Below, piece by piece: positions 45,775-54,775 of a stretch of 64,000 bases of DNA (the stretch's first letter is position 1; every line of letters starts with the position of its first letter). The notes under the pieces are model-generated. The model did no database searches, was not told the origin of the DNA, and saw only the letters and a program-made list of their open reading frames with translations. The translations under genes were made by a program, and so were the position numbers. The stretch is taken from contig JACNKC010000057.1 of the NCBI GenBank assembly GCA_014382245.1, forward strand, positions 174-64,173, given 5' to 3'. Source of the DNA: Pseudomonadota bacterium (GTDB lineage Bacteria; Desulfobacterota; Binatia; UBA1149).

Positions 45775-48000
45775 TCAGCCGCCCGCCGGCGTAAGGAATA
45801 TCGGCGATGACCAGGCGCGGTGGGCGGCCGGCTCCAGGCAGTCGTCGTCGTAGTCGCTGCGGTAGTCGCCGTAGCAGGGGTCGGGCTTGCAGTCGCCCTG
45901 CTCGTCGAATTCGCAACGCGATCCGCCGGCGTTCACCGTGGGCGTGGGCTCTTCGATGGCGCGCGCGTAGTAGAGCGCCTCTCGTTCGCTGCCCAGGAAC
46001 TCGGGGTCGTCGAACTCCACCGTGCAGCCGTCGGCGTCGGCCGGGCAGTCAAAACTGCGCCAGGGGTCGTCGATGAGGTCAGCCACGTCTTCGTCCGGCG
46101 ATTCCTGCGGCCTGATGCGCACCACGTCTATGCGGGTTATCTGCCGGCGTTTTTCGCCCGGGTTGTAGCACTCGCCGCGGCAGAGGTAGGCCAGTCGCTC
46201 GGGTGACAGGCCCGACAGCGATTCTTCGGGGCAGCCCTCGGTCTGCTCAAAGCTGCCGGCCGCGCGTACGCGCAGGCGCGGGTTGTTGGCCAGCTCAAGC
46301 TCACTGCCCATGGGCAGCACCTCGCCGTCGGGGCCGTTGAGGAGGTCAAACCAGAGCAGTATGCGCGGGCCGCTGGTGCCGTAGATTTCGCGGCGTGCCA
46401 TCGAGTCCCAGATCGCTCCGCGATCACGCGCCGGGGAGTGCACCGCCACCAGTCCACCGGTCATGAAGAACGACGCCTGTCGCTCGAAGTCGACTATCTG
46501 TGTGCGCATGGCGGCGGGGTCGCCCGGTGTGACCTGTCGGGACCGGTTTCCCTGCGGCTCGAGGTAGCTGGGCATCAAGCGCTCGGCCCAGGTCTCGTCG
46601 CGGGCACCGGCGGCCTCGGTGTTGGCCTGCCGGTCAAATTCCTTGAAGCCGGTACCGGGGCGGGCGGTGTGGTTGTCGCTCGACGCCATGAAGCCGAAGC
46701 GAAATCGTCGTGGGTCCTTGTCTTCTTCCTCGAAGTTCGAGATCGCCAAGATGTACTGCACCGAGTTGCCCGGCCGGTACGCCATCGAGGGCAGGAAACA
46801 GTCGCTGCATTCGTCGCAGTTGCCCCACTCGACCAGCGGCGCCCACGGGATTGTCAGTCGCCCCGACGGGCTCGCGGCCAGGTAGTTGGCGCGGGCCTCG
46901 ACTATCTTCTCGCGGCACTCATCTGAATCCCGGTCATCGCAGAGATTGCCGATGATCTCACCCGCGCGCCAGCAGCAGGCCTCGAAGCCGGGTTCGGGCG
47001 CTGGGCAGGCATCGGCTCCCTGCTGTTCGAGATCCACGGCCCGCCAGCTGCGGTACTCTTCGCTGTTGCCGTGGCCCGAGAACACCTCGACCAGGGTCTG
47101 TCGTTCGGGATCGTGCATGGCGCCGGCCAGCTGCTTGTCCCAGGTTCCGCCCGGTGGCGAGTAGAGGCCCCAGGTGGTTCCGTGCGGTATGACGATCGAC
47201 TCGTGGCCCCACTGGGCGAGCTTTTCGTAGAGCACGTCGGGTGAGGCCGCTTCTTCCGAGCAGTCCAGGGGTAACTCGCGGGTGTCAACGCCGTCAGCGC
47301 AGATGGGAGTCTCGCCGATTTCTTCCTGGAAGGTGTTGGCGTTGAGGTAGCGCTGGGCGTTCTGCCAGTCGGCCACCACGGGGAACCAGCGCTGGAGGAA
47401 GGTCTGGCGGGTGCGCATGCCCTGTCCGGCCATGCCGCCGGCGTGTATGGGCCGCGCGGGGATCTTGTCGTCGTCGAGGTCGCGCAGGATGACGTTCTTG
47501 TGCCCGTAGTGGCTGTCGGGGGTCATTCCGATCTGCGTCCACTCCCAGCCGAGGTAGGCTACCACGTCGGGGTTGTCGGGGTCACCGGCCAGCTCGTTGC
47601 ACTGGCGAATGGTGTCGGTGGTTTCCTTCCAACGCAGGGGAGTTATGGCCTCTGCGTGGTCGTTGATGCTCCAGAAGTCGAGGTTGGAGCAGTAGCGCGC
47701 AAAGTCGCAGGCGTCGGCCACCGGGTGTGCGCCTTCGCCCTGGAGGATGGGCAGGCTCATCATGAAAGCGTCGGCCGAAAAGGTGGAGTGTACGTGCAGG
47801 TCGCCGAACAGGATCTGCTTGTCTGTTGCACCGGCTTTCGCACGGTTGGCCAGGACATCGGCGGTCGCCGCCTGGCGGGCCGTCTTGTCGGCTGCCATGG
47901 AGTCGGGCTGGCCCGCGCCTTCTATGTTGCCCGGGCCCTCGTGTTGCCCGCAGGCGGCAAGCAACAGGGCGCAGGCAATGGCTGTGTAGAATTTGTTCAT
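45775..48000 (-). CDS. Lipoprotein with PHP-like metal-binding N-terminus (DUF3604-like), 741 aa
   Basis: Start at ATG 48000 gives the lipoprotein signal MNKFYTAIACALLLAACGQ. A PHP-like HxH motif (LFGDLHVHSTFSADAF) follows shortly after. A large Cys-rich central region and the overall architecture fit DUF3604-family proteins. The ORF finder upstream extension is Arg-rich low complexity. Confidence 0.65.
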   Translation of the reverse strand: MNKFYTAIACALLLAACGQHEGPGNIEGAGQPDSMAADKTARQAATADVLANRAKAGATDKQILFGDLHVHSTFSADAFMMSLPILQGEGAHPVADACDFARYCSNLDFWSINDHAEAITPLRWKETTDTIRQCNELAGDPDNPDVVAYLGWEWTQIGMTPDSHYGHKNVILRDLDDDKIPARPIHAGGMAGQGMRTRQTFLQRWFPVVADWQNAQRYLNANTFQEEIGETPICADGVDTRELPLDCSEEAASPDVLYEKLAQWGHESIVIPHGTTWGLYSPPGGTWDKQLAGAMHDPERQTLVEVFSGHGNSEEYRSWRAVDLEQQGADACPAPEPGFEACCWRAGEIIGNLCDDRDSDECREKIVEARANYLAASPSGRLTIPWAPLVEWGNCDECSDCFLPSMAYRPGNSVQYILAISNFEEEDKDPRRFRFGFMASSDNHTARPGTGFKEFDRQANTEAAGARDETWAERLMPSYLEPQGNRSRQVTPGDPAAMRTQIVDFERQASFFMTGGLVAVHSPARDRGAIWDSMARREIYGTSGPRILLWFDLLNGPDGEVLPMGSELELANNPRLRVRAAGSFEQTEGCPEESLSGLSPERLAYLCRGECYNPGEKRRQITRIDVVRIRPQESPDEDVADLIDDPWRSFDCPADADGCTVEFDDPEFLGSEREALYYARAIEEPTPTVNAGGSRCEFDEQGDCKPDPCYGDYRSDYDDDCLEPAAHRAWSSPIFLTPAGG

Positions 48001-48095
48001 CGGCAAGGTAACCCCCTGTGGTTTCGCGGAGCGTGATTTCGCGCAGCGTGAGCCTGCGGAATCTAGCCGTGGCGCCGCGCTGAAAAAAGCGCGCG

Positions 48096-48386
48096 TTACA
48101 GCGCCTGGGGACGGGCTTGCGCCCAGGACTGGAGTTTCTTGATCTGCTCGAGGTCGCCATCCTTGCTGGCTATGCCCTCGTTGCGGGCGTCGTGTATGCA
48201 GTCGACCGGGCACAGCGGCACGCAGAGGTCGCAGTCTATGCACTCCTCCGCGACGATGGCGAAACGGCCCAGGAAATCGCCTGCTACTTCGTAGACCGCG
48301 TCCACCTTGCCGGGGCAGGCGTGATCGCAAGCCCCGCAACCAATGCAGGTGTCGTCTACGTAATAGTGTCCGTGTCGGCGGGCCAT
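48096..48386 (-). CDS. 2[4Fe-4S] ferredoxin
   Basis: 96 aa from ATG 48386 with two cluster motifs, CIGCGACDHACP and CIDCDLCVPLCP. Confidence 0.8.
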   Translation of the reverse strand: MARRHGHYYVDDTCIGCGACDHACPGKVDAVYEVAGDFLGRFAIVAEECIDCDLCVPLCPVDCIHDARNEGIASKDGDLEQIKKLQSWAQARPQAL

Positions 48387-48396
48387 GCCAGGCGGC

Positions 48397-48900
48397 TCAG
48401 GAGGTGGGAAAGCTGGTCGTGAAGGCCGCCGAGGCGTTGAAGAATTCCTGCAGGCTCTGGTTGAAACGAAAGTACATGTCGCGACGCAGCGGATCATCCG
48501 AGAGCAGGTGCAGGGGAGTGCCCATGTGGCTCAGCCGGTTGAGCGTCTGGTCCAGTGCCGGGCGACCGTTGCCCGCCGCGATGCTTTCTATCATTGCCTG
48601 CCAGGTCTCGAGCTCAGCCTCCAGCGTGAAGTCGGCGCGGTTGGAGTCTGTTTCGCCGGTAACGCGTACGTCGGTGGCCTCGAACTCGTCGAAGGTCACC
48701 TGCACGGCCAGCGCTCGGGTGCCGGTCACCGAGAAGCCGGCCACGCAATCCACGTAGCCGAGTTTTTCCTGCCGCGCGCGGTTGTCGTTCATCAGCGCAG
48801 CCAGGCGCTCGAACCACGCGAGCGAGGGGAACTCCAGGGGCTCGGCGTTCTTTCCTTGTACCGCGCTTTCTTCCTGCGCGTCGGCCACTACTGTAACCAC
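48397..48900 (-). CDS. Hypothetical protein, possibly SCP2-like lipid-binding domain
   Basis: 167 aa with no catalytic motifs. The C-terminal half (ADFTLEAELETWQAMIESIAAGNG...ALDQTLNRL) has the amphipathic pattern of SCP2 sterol-carrier domains. It is tightly packed between the ferredoxin and diiron-protein genes, overlapping the latter by 13 nt. Confidence 0.35.
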   Translation of the reverse strand: MVTVVADAQEESAVQGKNAEPLEFPSLAWFERLAALMNDNRARQEKLGYVDCVAGFSVTGTRALAVQVTFDEFEATDVRVTGETDSNRADFTLEAELETWQAMIESIAAGNGRPALDQTLNRLSHMGTPLHLLSDDPLRRDMYFRFNQSLQEFFNASAAFTTSFPTS

Positions 48901-50117
48901 GGGGCCTGCGTGGGGATACCGCAGCGTTCACTGCGATCAAAGCCGGCACGCCGGCAGCGGCCCAGGTACTCCTCTATGAAATTGCCCCACAGGGCTCCCG
49001 CCTGCTCCAGCCCCTGCTCTATGCGGTTGACTCCCCCTCCCAGTAGTATGGCCAGGGGCTCTATCAGTGCAGCCTCGGTAAACGCCGTCAGTATCACCAT
49101 CTCGCCAACGTCGGCAAAACGGTGCATGTCTTCGAGCGCCGCGTCGCGATCGGGCACGTTGTCGAGGTGGTTCTTGAGCTCCATGACGCCATAGCTCACG
49201 TGGCGGGCTTCGTCCTGCAGGCAGAGGCGAAAGATTTCCTTGTCCACGTGTGTCTTGGCTATCATTTCGCCCGAGCGGAAGATTGACAGTACCAGGCCTT
49301 CGCCGAGCAGGTTCAGCAGGAAGGTGCCCATGGTGTGCGACGGCGCTTCCATGATGGCCTTCAAGGCCCACTCGAAGCCCGGCGACGCGTGCAGCAGGCC
49401 GCCGCCGGCGATGGCGCGCTTGCGAAACACCTCCTGGTGACGGGCCTCGTCCATCAACTGGGTGGCGAGAAAACTCTTCACCTCGAGAAAGTCCTGGGGG
49501 ATGCGGTACAACCACTTGGCCGGAAAGTCACCGGCCACGAACTCGACCTCGGTAAGAAAGGTACACAACTGGCAGGTGGCCTTCTCGAGGTCCTCGGGCA
49601 GGGATTTGAGTTCATCCCAGGGTATGTCGCGGGTAGCGTTCCACTGCCTGGCCTTGGCTTCTTCGTAAAGCGTGATGACGTTCTCGGCCCATAGTTCGTT
49701 GCGATCAACGACGTCGTAGGCTGACAGTACCGGCATACGTTGGGCGTAGGGGTCGCGCACCGAACCACGCGGGGCGAAGTTGAGCCACTCGGCTTTCTCG
49801 GGCATCTGCCCGTAGGGCTCCACCCGGTTTGTGTCGGCGTAGGTCATGCCGCGCGACGACGGCTTGGCGCGTCGTCCCCAGTTGGCCTTGTCGGTCTCCA
49901 TCCAGTGCAGCGAGAACCTGCCGGCCTGCAGGCGCTCACCGTTGTCATTCAGTATCTCGGCCCAGGTGGTCATCTGCTGCCCGAAGGCCAGCTCGTAAGA
50001 TTCCAGGCTTTCTTCGGGCACGGCGTGTTCGGGGGGCAGGGGGCTGAGGTCAGTGGGACTGGCGGCTGGCTTGCTCATGGCGGCTTCGCTTACAACAACT
50101 ATTGACAAATCACTCAA
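48888..50117 (-). CDS. Ferritin-like diiron-carboxylate oxygenase/desaturase family protein (acyl-ACP-desaturase/AurF-like)
   Basis: Two E-x28-34-DEARH units (TEVEF...MDEARHQ and GEGL...QDEARHV, about 83 aa apart) reproduce the Glu/Glu-x-x-His ligand spacing of soluble diiron desaturases/oxygenases. A ferredoxin gene lies downstream in the same operon. Confidence 0.55.
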   Translation of the reverse strand: MSDLSIVVVSEAAMSKPAASPTDLSPLPPEHAVPEESLESYELAFGQQMTTWAEILNDNGERLQAGRFSLHWMETDKANWGRRAKPSSRGMTYADTNRVEPYGQMPEKAEWLNFAPRGSVRDPYAQRMPVLSAYDVVDRNELWAENVITLYEEAKARQWNATRDIPWDELKSLPEDLEKATCQLCTFLTEVEFVAGDFPAKWLYRIPQDFLEVKSFLATQLMDEARHQEVFRKRAIAGGGLLHASPGFEWALKAIMEAPSHTMGTFLLNLLGEGLVLSIFRSGEMIAKTHVDKEIFRLCLQDEARHVSYGVMELKNHLDNVPDRDAALEDMHRFADVGEMVILTAFTEAALIEPLAILLGGGVNRIEQGLEQAGALWGNFIEEYLGRCRRAGFDRSERCGIPTQAPWLQ

Positions 50118-50150
50118 TAGCGCTAAGAGTGTAGCTCACTGGAAGCTGTC

Positions 50151-50768
50151 GTGTCAAGGAACACAACTAGCAATAAAAAAAAACGCCGCCGGCTTTCGCC
50201 CGAACAGCGCAGTGAAGAGCTCATAGAGGCGGCCGTGGCGGTGTTCGCCCGCCTGGGATTGGGGCGGGCGGGCCACGCCCAGGTGGCCGAAGAGGCGGGT
50301 TGCGCGGTGTCGACGGTGTTCGTGTACTTTCCGAGCCGCGAAAGCCTGGTCGACGCGGTGATCGCCGAGGTGGCCGGCTTTCTCCTGGAGATGGCCGAGA
50401 GCGTCCACGGCTCCGGTGGCCCGGCGCCGGAGGTCGTGCGCCGTCATGCTCGCGCGTTCGTAGAAGGCGTCAATCGCCGTCCCGACGTGGCGCGGGTGTG
50501 GCTCGACTACAGCACGGCCGTGGGCGAGGACACCTGGCCGCGCTACCTCGAGCTGCAGGAAAAGATCGTGGCCATCATGCGTGACACCATTGAGCGCGGG
50601 CAGGGCGAGGGCAGCGTCGCAGCCGACGTTGACGCTGACGACGACGCCAGGCTGGTGGTAGGCTCGGCCCACATGCTCGCGCAGATGAAGTTCGCCGGCC
50701 GGCCGGACGACCAGGTTGAACATTTTCTCAACACGCTGGTGGGCCTGACCATGCGACCGCCGGCGTAG
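50151..50768 (+). CDS. TetR/AcrR family transcriptional regulator
   Basis: HTH ELIEAAVAVFARLGLGRAGHAQVAEEAGCAVSTVFVYFPSRESLVDAVI. GTG start. Divergent from the diiron oxygenase operon across a 33-bp gap. Confidence 0.8.
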   Translation: MSRNTTSNKKKRRRLSPEQRSEELIEAAVAVFARLGLGRAGHAQVAEEAGCAVSTVFVYFPSRESLVDAVIAEVAGFLLEMAESVHGSGGPAPEVVRRHARAFVEGVNRRPDVARVWLDYSTAVGEDTWPRYLELQEKIVAIMRDTIERGQGEGSVAADVDADDDARLVVGSAHMLAQMKFAGRPDDQVEHFLNTLVGLTMRPPA

Positions 50769-50810
50769 CTTGACCGATGGCCCCCACGGGAGTGCAGGTG
50801 TCATCGGCGC

Positions 50811-51614
50811 TTGCACTGGGCGCGGGGGGACAGGATGCTGGCCGCCATGCTGGCTCAGGGTAGTGCTGCCGCTGAACTTGCCGGCCGCGTGGCGGTCGTC
50901 ACCGGGGCCTCGCGCGGAATTGGCGAAGCCGTTGCCCGTTGTCTTGTTGATGCCGGCGCCAGGGTAGCCTTGCTGGCCCGAGGACGTGAGCGACTCGAGC
51001 GCGTCGCCGCCGGGCTGGGCGCGCAGGCGCTGGCCGTACCGACCGATGTTGCCGATGCGGACAGCGTGCGCGCTGCTTTTGTTACCGTAGCGCGTGAGTT
51101 CGGCCGGCTGGACCTGCTGGTCAACAACGCTGCCATCGGCCGCCTGCACTCTATCGAAGAGGCCTCCGACGCGGATCTGCGTGAGACCGTCTACACCAAC
51201 CTCGGCGGCCCGCTGTTGTGCAGCCGCGAGGCCGTGCCTCTCATGAAGAAATCGGGTGGAGGGCAGATCGTCAACATAGGCTCGGAGGCGGTGCTCAATC
51301 CTTTTCCGTTGTTGTCGACCTACACCGCCACCAAGGCCGGCCTGGAGTTGTTTAACCGTGGGCTGCGGGCCGAGTTACGCGGCGACAACATCCGGGTGAC
51401 CCTGCTAAGGTCGGGGGCGACCAGCGGCGGCTTCATGGAAGACTGGGATCCCGACGAAGCCGCGCGCGCGATCGGGCTGTGGGACGAGCAAGGCTACCTC
51501 GCCTTCGCGGGCGCGCCCATGCAGCCCTCGACCGTGGCCGAGTCGCTGTTGCACGCCGTCACCCGCCCGGCAGGCGCGAGCGTGGATACCCTCGAACTCA
51601 GGTCGGCTGGCTGA
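50811..51614 (+). CDS. SDR family oxidoreductase
   Basis: VAVVTGASRGIGEAV, LVNNAAIG and YTATKAGLE are SDR motifs. The exact start is uncertain (several in-frame Met between 50811 and 50850). Confidence 0.8.
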   Translation: MHWARGDRMLAAMLAQGSAAAELAGRVAVVTGASRGIGEAVARCLVDAGARVALLARGRERLERVAAGLGAQALAVPTDVADADSVRAAFVTVAREFGRLDLLVNNAAIGRLHSIEEASDADLRETVYTNLGGPLLCSREAVPLMKKSGGGQIVNIGSEAVLNPFPLLSTYTATKAGLELFNRGLRAELRGDNIRVTLLRSGATSGGFMEDWDPDEAARAIGLWDEQGYLAFAGAPMQPSTVAESLLHAVTRPAGASVDTLELRSAG

Positions 51615-51617
51615 CGG

Positions 51618-52250
51618 TCAGTGGGTGGCCTTGAGGCCGCCGAGCAGCAGGTCAAGCCAGCGGTCGAGCAGGGGGCCGTCCAGGGGCTCCTTGAACACGC
51701 CCTTGTTGGTGGCCATCTGTATGACACCGTTCAGGCCCGCCCAGAACAGCGCCGTAGTTTCCCTGATGTCGAGGTCGCGAAGCAGTCCCTGGTCGACGCC
51801 GTCGGCGATCACCCTGGCAACAGTGCCCATGGCGTGCCTCGTTCCGGTGTAGGCTCGCTCAACCAGTGCCTGCTCTTCTTCGTTCGCAGGCGCGAGCGTC
51901 TGGCTCTGAAGGCAGTGGATGATGGCCTGGGCCTCCGGGTGCGCCTCGATGAAACGGCAGTAGGTGAGCGAGATGCGCTGCAGTCTCTGCAGCGGGTCTC
52001 CGTTGCCTGACGATACGCTCTCGAGTTCGGGCAGGATCAACTCTATCGCGCGCACCAGTACCGCCAGGTAGAGGATCTCCTTGCTGGAGAAGTAGTAGTA
52101 GAGCGTGGCTATGTTGAGCTCGCTGCGATCGGCGATGTCCTGCATGGAGGTGGTGTTGTAGTCCCTGTCGGTGAACAGCTCGGTGGCGGCGCTGACGATG
52201 GCGTATTTTCGCGCTTCGCGCTCGCGACTCCTTCTTTCCTGTATTCCCAT
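51618..52250 (-). CDS. TetR/AcrR family transcriptional regulator
   Basis: HTH AIVSAATELFTDRDYNTTSMQDIADRSELNIATLYYYFSSKEILY. Divergent from the acylase gene. Confidence 0.85.
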   Translation of the reverse strand: MGIQERRSREREARKYAIVSAATELFTDRDYNTTSMQDIADRSELNIATLYYYFSSKEILYLAVLVRAIELILPELESVSSGNGDPLQRLQRISLTYCRFIEAHPEAQAIIHCLQSQTLAPANEEEQALVERAYTGTRHAMGTVARVIADGVDQGLLRDLDIRETTALFWAGLNGVIQMATNKGVFKEPLDGPLLDRWLDLLLGGLKATH

Positions 52251-52337
52251 TGCTGCTGTTCCCCCGGGTGGGGGTGGCCGTCACCGTGGCGATAGACCTC
52301 CCACCGGGGCCAAGTCTATCAAGTGTCAATTGAAGTG

Positions 52338-52395
52338 CAAGTCTGACTTGACAAAGGGGGTAGGGAGGGGTTATTTATGATTCAAGTGAGACTTG
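52338..52395. promoter_or_regulatory. Two 13-bp palindromes (CAAGTCTGACTTG at 52338-52350, CAAGTGAGACTTG at 52383-52395) plus extra CAAGT half-sites in the TetR/acylase divergent intergenic region; candidate TetR operators
   Basis: Read directly from the sequence. Both are perfect or near-perfect palindromes sharing half-site CAAGT, lying between the divergent TetR (51618..52250) and the acylase start (52495). Confidence 0.45.
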
Positions 52396-52494
52396 AGAAG
52401 CCGTGGCGGTGCCCGTGGGGCCGTCACCGACCGGCACCGCGACGCGCCGGCCGAAATTGGCTATGCTACTGAAAACACTGGAGGAAAGGGCATC

Positions 52495-54705
52495 ATGGCG
52501 AGAACAGGTAAACAAGGAGTGGTGGCTCTGCTGTCGGAATTGCTGCTTGCCGGAAGCGCGCAGGCCTGGCAGGCCGAAATCGCCAGGGATCGCTACGGGG
52601 TGCCCTACATTATCGCCGATACCATGGCCGATGCCGCCTTCGGCGACGGCTACGCCCAGGCGGCCGACCGGGGCAAGGAGGCCTTCGAGCTCATACTGGC
52701 GGCTACCGGCACCAGCGCGGCCAGCCTGGGCGCTGGAAACACCTCCAGTGCGTGCCCCGAGGGCAAGAACGTCTGCAACGACATGCAGGCACGGCTGACC
52801 GGGGTCTATCGCACGGCCTACGCCCAGTGGACCGCCATACCCGCCGAGGTTCAGGAGATCGCGTCGGCCTTTGCGGCAGGTGCCAATCTCTGGGGTCTCG
52901 AGAACGCCGGTGAGCTTCCACCCGGCGCCCGTCCGCTGACCGGCCAGGACATAATAGCCTACGCCCAGTACACCGGCGTGGCCCGCCAGTTGCTGCAGGC
53001 CACAAAAGAGAAAGCCCAGGAAGGCCAGGACACCGAGTGCGGTGAGGGCTCAAACGGCGTCGTGCTGGCCAACTCGCTCACGGGCAACAAGGGCGTGATC
53101 CTGCAGGTGGATCCGCACACGCCCTGGTCGGGCTTCAACCGCTGGTACGAGAAGGCCTACGTTACACCGGACACCGTTATTCACGGGGGAGGCCCCACTG
53201 GCCTGCCCTTGTTCCTGTTTGCCACCTCGGATCGCGTGGGATGGGCGCTGACCCGTAACTCGGGTGACCGGGGCGACTGTTTCTATGTAACCCCGGACCC
53301 CGCCGACCCCTTGCGTTACATGTACGATGGCGCGTCGCTGCCGCTTTCGAGCGTAACTGAAACCATCGAGGTAAAGGATTCGTCGTCGGTTCAGTTCGAG
53401 GTGCTGTCAACGCAGCACGGACCGATATTCGCCAAGGAGGGGGGGCTCTACTACGCGGCCGCCATGAGCATGGAAAACCGCACGGGAGTGTTGGGGCAGA
53501 TGCTGGCCATGGCCGGGGCCGACAGCGCAACGGAACTGGATGCCGCGTTTTCGATGATGGAGATCGATGGCGCCCAGGCAATGTACGGTGACGTCGATGG
53601 CAACATCGGCTACGCCTGGCTCAATCGCTTGCGCGATCGCGACGACTCTTACTACTGGGAGTACTGCGTGGATGGCAGCATATCGGCCACTGCCCTGGGT
53701 GCCGTGCTCGACTTCGCCAGCCTTCCCGGTTCCACCAACGACCCGGGCGGTTACTACCAGGCGTGCAACCAGCCCGACTGGCTGGTCAACGGCGGAGCCT
53801 GGGGGATAGACCCATGGAGCTATCCCGGTTGGCTGCGCGGCAGGGATTTTGTCCGCGACTATCTCGGCGCGAGAGCGCAGCGCGTGGTGGACCTCATACA
53901 GTCCAGGCAGCGGCACTCGCATGGCCGCGCGCGCAAGAGTTCGCTGGACACCGCGCTGCTGGGCGCGGTGTGGATGATTCCGGTGCTGGAACGGGCAATG
54001 GCACAGTACGGTGACGGCGGAGATCCGCTGGTGCAGAACGCATTTTCGGAGCTATTGCGCTTCAAGCGCAAACCGCGGGCCACGGCCAGGTCACGTGGCT
54101 ATGCCCTGTGGCACGAATGGAACGGCTACTGGGTGCAGGACGCGGTGCTCGGCAGCGCACCACCCGCCTCGCCCGAGGTTTCGCGCATACGCGAATTCTA
54201 CGACCTGCCCGATCATCCCGAAACCGTGAGCGATCTCGACCTGCAGCGAGCCCACCAGGCCTTTCTCGACGCTGTCGCCCACCTGAACAGTTACTACCTG
54301 GCCGGGCACTACGATTCGCCGCTGCCGCGCTGGGGAGACATTAACTTCATACAGTTGGCCGACGGGTCGAAGTACGGCTTCGGCGGCTCCGACGGCGAGT
54401 TGCAGGGTATATGGCAGGGTAGCCACGGCGGTGGTTCCTGCGGGGCCTTTCCTAATCCCTCTGCCGATGGCACCTGGACCATTAACGCCGGGTCGGACTT
54501 CATGATGTCGTCGCAACTGCGCACCCTGCCCAGGCTGCCGAAGGTCTACACGCTTGTCCCCTACGGAGTGAGCAACGACCCGGCCTCGCCTCATTTTGCC
54601 GACCAGACGCGGCGCTACGTGAAGGGCAAGTACAAGAAGGTGCCTTTCGGCGAGAAAGATGTCCGTCGCAAGGCCAAGTCGATAGTGACCGTGAGCGGCA
54701 GCTGA
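52495..54705 (+). CDS. Penicillin-amidase/acylase family Ntn-hydrolase (S45; PGA/AHL-acylase-like)
   Basis: Start at ATG 52495 with a GGAGGAAAGGG RBS gives the signal peptide MARTGKQGVVALLSELLLAGSAQA. RDRYGVPYIIADTMADAAFGDGYAQAADR is the classic S45 N-terminal block, and there is an internal SNG (SNGVVLANS) autoprocessing/nucleophile site. 736 aa. Confidence 0.8.
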   Translation: MARTGKQGVVALLSELLLAGSAQAWQAEIARDRYGVPYIIADTMADAAFGDGYAQAADRGKEAFELILAATGTSAASLGAGNTSSACPEGKNVCNDMQARLTGVYRTAYAQWTAIPAEVQEIASAFAAGANLWGLENAGELPPGARPLTGQDIIAYAQYTGVARQLLQATKEKAQEGQDTECGEGSNGVVLANSLTGNKGVILQVDPHTPWSGFNRWYEKAYVTPDTVIHGGGPTGLPLFLFATSDRVGWALTRNSGDRGDCFYVTPDPADPLRYMYDGASLPLSSVTETIEVKDSSSVQFEVLSTQHGPIFAKEGGLYYAAAMSMENRTGVLGQMLAMAGADSATELDAAFSMMEIDGAQAMYGDVDGNIGYAWLNRLRDRDDSYYWEYCVDGSISATALGAVLDFASLPGSTNDPGGYYQACNQPDWLVNGGAWGIDPWSYPGWLRGRDFVRDYLGARAQRVVDLIQSRQRHSHGRARKSSLDTALLGAVWMIPVLERAMAQYGDGGDPLVQNAFSELLRFKRKPRATARSRGYALWHEWNGYWVQDAVLGSAPPASPEVSRIREFYDLPDHPETVSDLDLQRAHQAFLDAVAHLNSYYLAGHYDSPLPRWGDINFIQLADGSKYGFGGSDGELQGIWQGSHGGGSCGAFPNPSADGTWTINAGSDFMMSSQLRTLPRLPKVYTLVPYGVSNDPASPHFADQTRRYVKGKYKKVPFGEKDVRRKAKSIVTVSGS

Positions 54706-54775
54706 ACCCGGCGTTGTTGCTGCATCGTTTCTGCCGTACGACTGTCGGCATGAATGGTGGCATGGAGCAGCGGCG

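Noticed and set aside
50102-50158. TTGACA ... TGTCAA 6-bp inverted repeat across the diiron-operon/TetR intergenic region
   Set aside because: The arms are 45 bp apart and the second arm overlaps the TetR GTG start. It is more likely a chance -35-like hexamer than an operator.
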